54,769 bases of DNA from IMG/VR virus record IMGVR_UViG_3300048672_000251, positions 1 to 54,769 of that record; one strand, given 5' to 3'. The notes below the pieces were generated by a model. The model was not told the origin of the DNA, did no database searches, and saw only the letters and a list, made by a program, of their open reading frames with translations. The translations under genes and the position numbers were made by a program. This DNA comes from a virus (Duplodnaviria; Caudoviricetes). Below are positions 27,008-34,357 of the stretch, one piece after another; position 1 is the stretch's first letter; the number at the start of each line of letters is the position of its first letter.

Positions 27008-27340
27008 ATGAAAACCTACCTTTTCCCAGCTTATATGTCACTAACCATTGCTGCAGGTATTGCCCTGGCTTATGGTGACGTGCCGCCACCGCAGACCGTT
27101 AAGCCCGGTTACGTGGCTTGCACGACTGCTTACATGCTCGACCAGTACCAGCAATCTCCACACCGCCGGCAGATTGGTATGATGCTGCAAGACCAGTGCT
27201 TACCGACAGACCGGTTGGCCGACTATGAATATCTGGTGCTGAATGACGGCCGCGTGCGCGTGATGCTGCCTGACGATCAATACGCTGACCTGTATATGCC
27301 GGTTGAGGCGGTGCGCGCTGTGGAGGTGTCTGGTGGCTAA
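27008..27340 (+). CDS. Putative exported protein
   Basis: GGAG RBS; hydrophobic N-terminus ending IALA; two Cys. Confidence 0.65.
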   Translation: MKTYLFPAYMSLTIAAGIALAYGDVPPPQTVKPGYVACTTAYMLDQYQQSPHRRQIGMMLQDQCLPTDRLADYEYLVLNDGRVRVMLPDDQYADLYMPVEAVRAVEVSGG

Positions 27341-27605
27341 CGCTAGTATTGAACTAATGCAGAAGATGATTAACGAAATCAATCGTAAGCCGGATGCACT
27401 CAGGTTGTGGGTGACAGTACCAAAATCTAAGTGGGATAACGTCCGTGAAATGCTTCGCAAATTAGCAGTACACGACGGGCGGATCGAACAATATACCGAA
27501 ACACTGCCCCGTCGCTGGTGGCAGCTCAAAGCGGCTACACGGATTCGCATCCGGCGCGTGCAGCCACAAACCTTTAATTGCCGGTGCGTGAGGGTAGAGT
27601 TATGA
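27333..27605 (+). CDS. Hypothetical protein ending in NCRC
   Basis: GGAGG RBS before GTG 27333. Confidence 0.55.
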   Translation: MANASIELMQKMINEINRKPDALRLWVTVPKSKWDNVREMLRKLAVHDGRIEQYTETLPRRWWQLKAATRIRIRRVQPQTFNCRCVRVEL

Positions 27606-27817
27606 TTAACGACCCGTCCCGTACAGTTGTCCGCCGAGATGACTTAAAAATGACAGTAACTCTGGGTAACGGTGAAACAATCAATCAGGAAGAGTATCAG
27701 CAGCGGATGGATACTCAAGACAGGGCGAACTTGGCCTACAATGATCAGTTGGTATTACTCGCCCGAGGCGCGTATGGTCCTGTCGATATTCCAATAGTTA
27801 TGGGCTGCTCTGACTAA
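27602..27817 (+). CDS. Hypothetical protein
   Basis: ATGA overlap; GAGG RBS. Confidence 0.55.
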   Translation: MINDPSRTVVRRDDLKMTVTLGNGETINQEEYQQRMDTQDRANLAYNDQLVLLARGAYGPVDIPIVMGCSD

Positions 27818-28215
27818 CCCAACCGCCGATACCGGGATGCAAATTGCTCCCGGACTACCGCACGATCTACAAACCCTGCTGGACTCTGCTGGCTGCTGCC
27901 GTCGTTTAACAACCCGATATATGAAGCGTTGTTGGTGATGTGCAGCGGCTGGCCGTTTATCGTGGCGGTAGCAATGCTCAGTGTGTCAGCAGCGATACGC
28001 GACGAGCCGCCGGCTGTGGGGGAACTGGGGCTATCCGCTGGAGCGCCTACGTTAAACCACCAGTTATTGCTGGCAAAGCCTGTATCGATGGGTGTACCGT
28101 CTGGTGGTTCATCGACTAACGTGTTGCGGATATTCAATGTCACGCGGCGTACTTCATCCTCGACAGCATCGCCGAGCTGAGCTTGCAGCGCCAACATGCG
28201 GACGGATGGCATCAT
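27814..28215 (-). CDS. HK97 gp10-like neck / tail completion protein
   Basis: TPIDTG.A..NW, ITNNASYI..LNDGSSQQSPAGFV. Confidence 0.85.
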   Translation of the reverse strand: MMPSVRMLALQAQLGDAVEDEVRRVTLNIRNTLVDEPPDGTPIDTGFASNNWWFNVGAPADSPSSPTAGGSSRIAADTLSIATATINGQPLHITNNASYIGLLNDGSSQQSPAGFVDRAVVREQFASRYRRLG

Positions 28216-28598
28216 GCCACTCCAGAGTGCCAGAAAACAGCAATACGTCCCTCAAGTCGCGGGTGCTGGTCCTGAGTCATTACCCATTCTTTACCGCTGC
28301 CGTCAATGACCACATCGCCTGCCTGGCTGATAACCGTTAGCGCTGCCGCAGTGTTGCCTGCAATGCTCAACGGGTCAATCAGTACATCGTTAGTCGTGAC
28401 AGGCACACGGTTAGCAGTGTCAAACCGTGTGACGGGTCCGACATAGCCGCGGCACTGGCGGTCAACCACAGTCTGCGTGCCGGGGCCGGTCGGGTCCAGT
28501 GGGTCTTGCACGACCGTATAGCGGCGTAAAGTCAGCGTTTCGCCGGCTTCCGCCAGCGCTTCGATAACACCTGCGATCACATCGGGTAAATTACTCAC
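28212..28598 (-). CDS. Head closure / head-tail joining protein
   Basis: G.TLTLRR...DP..P pattern; synteny; GTG start. Confidence 0.65.
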   Translation of the reverse strand: MSNLPDVIAGVIEALAEAGETLTLRRYTVVQDPLDPTGPGTQTVVDRQCRGYVGPVTRFDTANRVPVTTNDVLIDPLSIAGNTAAALTVISQAGDVVIDGSGKEWVMTQDQHPRLEGRIAVFWHSGVA

Positions 28599-28654
28599 TG
28601 CTCGCTCCGTCTCACACCGCCCAACGGCGGTAAATTACTCACTGCTCGCTCCGT
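28585..28654. repeat. 26-bp perfect direct repeat (GGTAAATTACTCACTGCTCGCTCCGT) duplicating a stop/start junction
   Basis: Copies at 28585-28610 and 28629-28654 with an 18-nt spacer. Confidence 0.95.
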
Positions 28655-29030
28655 ATCGCGGCGGGTTATCAAACTGGCCGACGTATACCGGTTCGGACAG
28701 CCCACCGCCGGTTAGTGTGGCAGCACCAAAAGTTGTAAGACCCGCAAGGCCAACTCCTCCCCCTGGTACACCAGTTCCCAGCAGCTTACGCTTAATCAGG
28801 TTGTCTTTAATCTGCTGCCAGTTCTGGGAGCTTGCGGCTTTGTCGATGGTGATCGGGCCGACCTTAATCATTTTTGACGCGCCACCAGTGCGTGTGGCCA
28901 TGTAGTCGCAGATAGCGATAGCCACATCAATGGCGTCGGTATAACCGTCGTCTGCGTATGCCTGTATCTGTGTATCGTCAAGCTCCGGTACGTATACCAA
29001 CCGGCGCACGGCGTCTACTGTGAAACTCAT
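28635..29030 (-). CDS. Head-tail adaptor-like protein
   Basis: VRRLV..PEL.D..I, KVGPITI, GQFDNPP; TAATG coupling at 29030. Confidence 0.65.
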   Translation of the reverse strand: MSFTVDAVRRLVYVPELDDTQIQAYADDGYTDAIDVAIAICDYMATRTGGASKMIKVGPITIDKAASSQNWQQIKDNLIKRKLLGTGVPGGGVGLAGLTTFGAATLTGGGLSEPVYVGQFDNPPRYGASSE

Positions 29031-29401
29031 TAGCCACCCCCAGCACGTGAAGCGATAAATCCTGCAGATATAATGGGCGTGAGTATTGCGACAAGGATAA
29101 ACCACACTAATTTAGCATTCAGCCCCCGCACGCCGTTGATCACATCTTGGTTGGCTGCGTTCTGCTCGCGGATGGCTGCTATCTGCGCCGTGTGGGCTTT
29201 CTGCTCTGTTTTAATGTCGGTGATGTCAGTGGCTGAACGCTCGTGGCGCTCGATGTACTTATTGAGGCTGATAGTTAAGTCAGTGAGGGATTCGGTCAGT
29301 TGCTTCTGCCCGTCAATCATTTGCCGGGTCGACTGGCCAATCAGCGCAATCTCGCGCTCGTGCTGGTCCAGACGGTTCTGTACGCTTGTCAGATCGCTCA
29401 T
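29030..29401 (-). CDS. Coiled-coil protein with C-terminal TM (XhlA/holin-like architecture)
   Basis: Heptad-rich body followed by LVWFILVAILTPIISAGFIA. Confidence 0.7.
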   Translation of the reverse strand: MSDLTSVQNRLDQHEREIALIGQSTRQMIDGQKQLTESLTDLTISLNKYIERHERSATDITDIKTEQKAHTAQIAAIREQNAANQDVINGVRGLNAKLVWFILVAILTPIISAGFIASRAGGG

Positions 29402-29510
29402 GCCGTTTAATCTCTATCAGTGCTTTAATTACAATGATGCCGATTATAGCGTTTACCAGTGCTAGTACGCAAATAAGGGTTATTGTAATTTGAGATTCGG
29501 ACACCGCCAC
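29313..29510 (-). CDS. Small single-TM protein overlapping both neighbours
   Basis: ITITLICVLALVNAIIGIIVI; GGGAG SD near the GTG starts. Confidence 0.4.
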   Translation of the reverse strand: MAVSESQITITLICVLALVNAIIGIIVIKALIEIKRHERSDKRTEPSGPARARDCADWPVDPAND

Positions 29511-29910
29511 TCCCTAAAACGGCAAACAGTAAATCAAGTGGTATTGCTATTTCCTGCCGCCATTTATGCCACTGATAAAATCTGTGGATATCAATAACCT
29601 GATCGAACAGCATCAGGCCGTTACATATCAAACTACTGGCAATTATAGCCGCATAAAGTCCATAAAAGTTGTGATATTTTACTGATAAATAAATACAGAG
29701 TATTAAAAACGTGAGGTCGATGGCAGATTGCTTGATGTACACCATGTACACGTTGATAGATTGATTGGTATCCAACGGTGCTGACCGCAGATAAACAGAC
29801 GCCAAAAACACTGCGTAGTAGCCGAGAATTAACAGACAGAGGTTTACGCCCCTGCCCGTTTTCAGCCACAACGCGGCCAGAATTAGCAGCGCTAACTCAT
29901 TTGTCATCAT
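29425..29910 (-). CDS. Polytopic membrane protein (4-5 TM)
   Basis: Several hydrophobic segments; AT-rich codon usage. Confidence 0.7.
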   Translation of the reverse strand: MMTNELALLILAALWLKTGRGVNLCLLILGYYAVFLASVYLRSAPLDTNQSINVYMVYIKQSAIDLTFLILCIYLSVKYHNFYGLYAAIIASSLICNGLMLFDQVIDIHRFYQWHKWRQEIAIPLDLLFAVLGSGGVRISNYNNPYLRTSTGKRYNRHHCN

Positions 29911-29974
29911 CTGGCTTCGGCGGCTGGCTATCAGGCTGAACTGGTGGCTTTACCGGGGTTTCTTGTTCTGGCAT
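29897..29974 (-). CDS. 25-aa Pro-rich peptide MPEQETPVKPPVQPDSQPPKPDDDK
   Basis: AAGGA RBS; upstream TTGATG-16-TAATCT promoter with TG extension; overlaps the start of the membrane gene. Confidence 0.55.
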   Translation of the reverse strand: MPEQETPVKPPVQPDSQPPKPDDDK

Positions 29975-30229
29975 TGGTACGGTCCTTAGGTTAGTTATCA
30001 GCTCAGATAGATTACCAGAGTAACCGACAGCATCAAACTTATTTTTACGCCGGCTGGCTCGCGTTCGGCATCTGTCACGACATCTCACATGATTGGCGCT
30101 GGTAATAGGCCCGGACAACAGCGTAGAAGCAATGGCGCTCAAGTATTGGATGAAAGAGTACGCCGAACATGGTGATAAGGTGCTGGAAGTCGATACGGCT
30201 GTTCCAATTGCTTTAGGAGCGCCAGGCTG

Positions 30230-30283
30230 ATGGACTACTTACCGCCACAACCAAGTTACCCGCCGCCGGATGACGACGATTAG
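30230..30283 (+). CDS. 17-aa Pro/Asp peptide MDYLPPQPSYPPPDDDD
   Basis: TAGGAG RBS and a terminator immediately downstream. Confidence 0.35.
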   Translation: MDYLPPQPSYPPPDDDD

Positions 30284-30296
30284 TGGCGGTATTCAG

Positions 30297-30325
30297 AGCG
30301 GTCAGTGATGGCCGCTTTTTTATTT
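30297..30325 (+). terminator. Intrinsic terminator (possibly bidirectional)
   Basis: AGCGGTCA-GTGA-TGGCCGCT followed by TTTTTATTT. Confidence 0.75.
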
Positions 30326-30388
30326 GGTCGGTGCGGTAGGCGTGATCTGCGCCCCAAACGCAGCGATCAGCCATTGACCCAGACACCG
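30325..30388 (-). tRNA. tRNA-Pro(TGG)-like element lacking the T arm (64 nt, encoded CCA)
   Basis: Acceptor CGGTGT/GCACCG plus ACCA; D arm GGTC-AATGGCT-GATC; anticodon arm CTGCG-TTTGGGG-CGCAG; only 12 nt where the variable loop and T arm should be, with no TTC. Confidence 0.75.
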
Positions 30389-30395
30389 GAATTGT

Positions 30396-30750
30396 AATGA
30401 GCTGGCCGGTGCTTAACTCCGGCTTCGTCTGTAGGTTTACCCGCAACCAGACTGGACGCTCCAACGCCTTACGGCGCAGCGGCCCTCCCAAGGTGGATAT
30501 GCGACCCAGCGCGTTAGCTCGCGCATTCAGCTCATTGGTTTTGGTGTCTGACCGGACGATCCTGCAAGAGACTGTTTTAATCAACCAAACACCAAACCAA
30601 TAAACTGGGCGGTATCTCTACCGCGGTAAGCCGCCATTACAGCGGGAAGTGCATAACAACCTCCGATTATCTGACCGTCTCTTACTTGGCTGACGGTGTG
30701 GCCGCACTGTGTAAGAAAAGCCCCGTTACTCTGCAATTCGCAGCGGGGCG
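30396..30750 (-). ncRNA. Cluster of structured non-coding RNA elements
   Basis: 9-bp closing stem AATGAGCTG/CAGCTCATT around a multibranch domain; 20-bp stem with four G-U pairs on the minus strand; GNRA-capped hairpins (GAGA, GTAA). Confidence 0.65.
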
Positions 30751-30784
30751 GTCTGCTCTGATGCGTTTTAAATATATTGGTTGA

Positions 30785-31273
30785 CTACTCGCCTGTCAAG
30801 TAATTATTTTCAGCTGCCCACGCTAACGCAGCGGATTTACCTTTCAGCTTCGATGGGTTCACCGGGCCGAGACCTTCCACAACAACGTTGTACCAGCCCA
30901 TACCGAGGTTTTCCAATGTGGCGGGGATGCCGGCGGCTTCAGGTGCTGTTACGGCTTCAGGTGCTACTGCGGCTGGCTCCGTTACCACTGCGGCTGGCTC
31001 CGTTACCACTGCGGCTGGCTCCGTTACCACTGCGGCTGGCTCCGTTACCACTGCGGCTGGCTCCGTTACCACTGCGGCTGGCTCGTCCACATTACCATCG
31101 AGCGTGTGGCGGATTTGGCGCGCATTCCACAGACGCGAAACCATGTGCTGACCAATAGCCATGTGACGCCAGTTAAACTCGTCGCCTGGTTTAAAAATCT
31201 GTGCGCCGTACTGAAATTCCACAATTGCGTACAGCGGCTTTGATAAATCTAAGTCCTCAAATTTGTATGTCAT
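30785..31273 (-). CDS. Hypothetical (likely virion-associated) protein with EPAAVVT repeat linker
   Basis: GGAG RBS; follows the MCP; two globular ends joined by the repeat. Confidence 0.75.
   Translation of the reverse strand: MTYKFEDLDLSKPLYAIVEFQYGAQIFKPGDEFNWRHMAIGQHMVSRLWNARQIRHTLDGNVDEPAAVVTEPAAVVTEPAAVVTEPAAVVTEPAAVVTEPAAVAPEAVTAPEAAGIPATLENLGMGWYNVVVEGLGPVNPSKLKGKSAALAWAAENNYLTGE
30966..31084. repeat. Perfect 21-bp tandem repeat (about 5.7 copies)
   Basis: Unit ACTGCGGCTGGCTCCGTTACC. Confidence 0.96.
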
Positions 31274-31300
31274 AGCGGTTCTCCGGTTAATTGACTATCG

Positions 31301-31310
31301 TAGTATATCA
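31301..31310 (-). promoter_or_regulatory. Late-type extended -10 element TGATATACTA
   Basis: Motif family member upstream of 31273. Confidence 0.6.
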
Positions 31311-31323
31311 TAAATAATTTTAG

Positions 31324-31352
31324 TTGACAGCGCGTAAAATACGGATAATACT
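31324..31352 (+). promoter_or_regulatory. Sigma70 promoter
   Basis: TTGACA-17-AATACT. Confidence 0.55.
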
Positions 31353-31385
31353 GACAGCGTGTTTAATCAATTAGGAGTTACACAG

Positions 31386-31601
31386 ATGAACGGTAAGAAA
31401 GCTAAATCATTACGTCGGACTGCTCGCGCTTTAACAATCGGCAAGGCAAATGTAGCTTACAACGATGTGGTCAACCCAAAGCGTAAAGCGTGTGGTTTTA
31501 CGCAAATTGCAAGCGGCCTGCGGGTGCCTTATTTAGTTCAAACAACTCGCAGAACTTTAAAACCCGGCACGACGCGCCAAGTCTACCAGTCGCTGAAATG
31601 A
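31386..31601 (+). CDS. Small basic hypothetical protein (single-gene antisense cassette)
   Basis: TAGGAG RBS; MNGKKAKSLRR...RQVYQSLK. Confidence 0.75.
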   Translation: MNGKKAKSLRRTARALTIGKANVAYNDVVNPKRKACGFTQIASGLRVPYLVQTTRRTLKPGTTRQVYQSLK

Positions 31602-31602
31602 T

Positions 31603-31620
31603 AAAGGGCCTTGCGGCCCC
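31603..31620 (-). terminator. Terminator after the MCP gene
   Basis: GGGCC-GCAA-GGCCC followed by TTT on the minus strand. Confidence 0.7.
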
Positions 31621-31642
31621 TCTACTTAACGCTACTGACCAG

Positions 31643-32620
31643 TTAGACCAGTGTGCGGAAGTACGCGCCTAAATCTGCGCTGACTTTCTTCTGGTCGTAG
31701 GCCAGATCCAGTTCAACGCGGTCAGAGTTTAAATGCTCCATGCGGAAGCGTTTAACGCGCACGCCTTCGTTATTACCTAACAGACCGCGCCAGCTGAACA
31801 CATAACCAGCTGATGGTGCCATCAGTGATGGTGTGGTCGCTGAGTAAGTCAGCAGTGCGCCGCCTTTGATAACAAAGTCGTTGCTTGCCGCTGCGCCTTC
31901 TTTGGCGTTATTGATAACTGCGCCAGATACGACGATCCGGGCAACACCAAACACACGCGCTAAGTCTGCGTCAGTGACCACAACAGCGCCTGGTGACGTT
32001 TGGCCGTACTTCAGACGGTCGATAATGGACGGGTTAGTGTCCAGCGCATCGCGCACGTCTTGAGCCAGAGTCAGCGTGTTAGGCCGGAAACCAGTCAGTT
32101 TGTGGATAGCAGAAGTAGCTGCTTTAATCTGTGCAACTGGATCAGACGCTGAGTTCGTCCACTTCAGAACCTGAGAGCCAGTAGGACCAGACGCCACACC
32201 TTCATAATCCAATGACCATACTGACTGCGCCATGAATTTCTGGGCGAACGTTACTTCACGCTGGATCAACGACTGACCAATCAGGAACTGCGTTGCGGCA
32301 GTGTCGAGGTCTAACGGGTCGTCAGCGTTTGCACGGATTTGGTCGTCAATATCTTTGTGCAGGCTGTAAACCTGACAAGAATAGTTATCGGTGTTGATAC
32401 CAAAGCCTGAGCCAGCCGATTCAGTACCCGGCGCACGTGGGCGGATATCGTTACGGTGCATGTCGGCTTTGTCGTAGATGAAATACAGGTCGCTCTTAGA
32501 TTCGACCGGCACCATCGGGAAAACCTGACCAGCTGCAAACATGTTCGCTTGCTGAATAAACGCAATTGAAATGTTGGTAAGCGGGCGGTTAACGTGAACT
32601 TGCGAACTTGTTGGTTTCAT
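31643..32620 (-). CDS. Major capsid protein
   Basis: HVNRPLTNISIA, VFP.VPV...SDLY..Y, RAPGTES, PSAGYVFSW; follows scaffold and decoration genes. Confidence 0.92.
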   Translation of the reverse strand: MKPTSSQVHVNRPLTNISIAFIQQANMFAAGQVFPMVPVESKSDLYFIYDKADMHRNDIRPRAPGTESAGSGFGINTDNYSCQVYSLHKDIDDQIRANADDPLDLDTAATQFLIGQSLIQREVTFAQKFMAQSVWSLDYEGVASGPTGSQVLKWTNSASDPVAQIKAATSAIHKLTGFRPNTLTLAQDVRDALDTNPSIIDRLKYGQTSPGAVVVTDADLARVFGVARIVVSGAVINNAKEGAAASNDFVIKGGALLTYSATTPSLMAPSAGYVFSWRGLLGNNEGVRVKRFRMEHLNSDRVELDLAYDQKKVSADLGAYFRTLV

Positions 32621-32630
32621 TCAAGACTCC

Positions 32631-33002
32631 TTAAGCCAGTGGGCCAGCGGTGCGGATCACCATACTGCCGATTTCGTTATCAGCGCCGCCGAGGGTCAGA
32701 ATACCCATCACGTAGCTACCAGTACCGGCAGCTGCTGCAGCTTTACCGCCAGTTGCGCCAACTTCCACAATCGCGCCGGCTGCTAACGTTGCGCCTAATT
32801 TAATTTTCGTTTCGCCGCCGATAGCCACATTCGCAGCCTCGCCAGAAACAGGGTTGTTTTGCAGTACGCCTGCAGCCAGTGAGTTAGCAGCCGCAGCTAC
32901 CACCTGACCTGAGCTGTTCAGGGTTACAAACGTGTACTGCAGAGCTGACAGGTCGGCACCAGCCGCTGCACTGAAGCTCTGTAATGCGGTTTCATGAGCC
33001 AT
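32631..33002 (-). CDS. Capsid cement / decoration protein (DUF2190-like)
   Basis: AGADLS..QY.FV, GVLQN.P..GEAA.V..GG.TK. Confidence 0.8.
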   Translation of the reverse strand: MAHETALQSFSAAAGADLSALQYTFVTLNSSGQVVAAAANSLAAGVLQNNPVSGEAANVAIGGETKIKLGATLAAGAIVEVGATGGKAAAAAGTGSYVMGILTLGGADNEIGSMVIRTAGPLA

Positions 33003-33005
33003 CTG

Positions 33006-33974
33006 TTAGCCCTCCAGTGATTGTTGGTACAGTGCGCGACCTTCTTCGGTTTTCAGCACCGCGACGGATGCGACGGCGTGAGAAACCTTATGGGTAGCAG
33101 CGTATACTTTAGCCAGATTATCCAGCTTGTCGGCAGCGTTCTCGTCACCACCAGCAGCTGAGTCGGCGGCTGGCTGACGGCGCTCTTTGTACAGCGTGTC
33201 GGCAGCTTTGAGCGTATCAGTCACCCAAGTACGGGTAGCCGCGTCCAATGCGTTCAGACCCATAACAGCCTTGGCTTTTGCCAGCGGTTCGCCCGGTAAA
33301 TTACCAAAGTCAGCAGCAGTCTGAGCGATTGCTTTCTGCAGATTCTGCTCGTCCAGCATTTTACGCAGCTGCGCGTCCTGAGACTTCAGAACAGCAAACA
33401 TCGCGCCGGCAGCGGATTTGGTGATCACAGTGCCATCTTGCATGGTGTGGGTTTCATCGGCAACGGCAGCAGACTTAACGATTAAGTCGCGGCTGGCACC
33501 GTCCAGTTTTAAAAAGTCGGCTTTCTCGGCCTCCGGCAACGACTGATAGTGCGCCTTTTGAGCGTCTGTCATTTGCGCCAGGGCTTTGTAAAGCTCCAGT
33601 TCTTGGTTATCAGCCATGTCGGCCTCCGGTTGGGTGTTAAAAAGACTTACAACGTGTTGCAAATAGTCAGACACTGACGCCCGCAGTGCTGCCTGTTTAT
33701 CGGTGATCGTATCGTCCTGCATGATTTTCTCAGCAGCTTCACGCAGCGCGTAATTGTACTGCCACAACGGGTCAAGCCAAGCGCGTACAGCGGCTTCGAG
33801 CTTCTCGTCGGCCAGTTCTTCGGCAAACATGGATTTAATCAGCGTGTCGACGTCGGTGCCGAATTTCAGGATAGTGACGTTAGCACCAGTATGCGCCGGT
33901 ACAGTGACGCCGGACAGCTCACCGATGCGTAGCGCTGTGGCCACTTGTGGATTTGTCTTACCGTCAAACCGCAT
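33006..33974 (-). CDS. Scaffold protein carrying the C-terminal strand motif of the prohead protease; internal start at 33617
   Basis: N-terminal LRIGELSGVTVPAH.GA resembles E.S.V..PA; helical body; GGAGG before the internal MADNQ. Confidence 0.75.
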   Translation of the reverse strand: MRFDGKTNPQVATALRIGELSGVTVPAHTGANVTILKFGTDVDTLIKSMFAEELADEKLEAAVRAWLDPLWQYNYALREAAEKIMQDDTITDKQAALRASVSDYLQHVVSLFNTQPEADMADNQELELYKALAQMTDAQKAHYQSLPEAEKADFLKLDGASRDLIVKSAAVADETHTMQDGTVITKSAAGAMFAVLKSQDAQLRKMLDEQNLQKAIAQTAADFGNLPGEPLAKAKAVMGLNALDAATRTWVTDTLKAADTLYKERRQPAADSAAGGDENAADKLDNLAKVYAATHKVSHAVASVAVLKTEEGRALYQQSLEG

Positions 33975-34344
33975 TTACGTCCTCCCAAGCAGCACTGCCG
34001 CCGATGCTAAACCCTGTGTACTCACCTGACGCAAATTTCTGCAGTGTTGCGTCGTCAGACACATAAACACCAGTGAGTATACCAGTTTGCGGAAGGTTTT
34101 CAAAGCCTAACGATTTTGCAATATCCGACAGCATCGGAAATGCAAAAACTACCTGCCCGACTTCCACACCTGCGTGCATGGCTTTGTGGGTGCGGTTGGC
34201 TGACATCATGAATTCTTTCCACCCCTTGAGGGCGACGTCTTCGGGAATGGCCTGGTTATCGGTGTCGAAATACAGCTCGCCGTTTTTGGTACAGACCTGC
34301 CCCCAACCGAACACTAAACGTTCCTGAGCGCTGACTTTAAGCAT
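33964..34344 (-). CDS. XkdF-like prohead serine protease domain
   Basis: ERLVFGWG, KAMH, GEYTGFSIGG; GAGG RBS before ATG 34344. Confidence 0.85.
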   Translation of the reverse strand: MLKVSAQERLVFGWGQVCTKNGELYFDTDNQAIPEDVALKGWKEFMMSANRTHKAMHAGVEVGQVVFAFPMLSDIAKSLGFENLPQTGILTGVYVSDDATLQKFASGEYTGFSIGGSAAWEDVNAV

Positions 34345-34357
34345 GGTAAACCTCGGA

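Noticed and set aside
28585-28654. Mini-CRISPR array
   Set aside because: Only two repeats with an 18-nt spacer, and the repeat is simply the RBS/start/stop junction of neighbouring genes.
30325-30388. Canonical functional tRNA-Pro, or attP site
   Set aside because: The T arm is absent, so it is not canonical; no integrase was found to support an att role.
30213-30584. 123-aa minus-strand CDS (and 30397-30603 on the plus strand)
   Set aside because: TTG start without an RBS, no recognisable motifs, and it overlaps clear RNA structures and the tRNA-like element.
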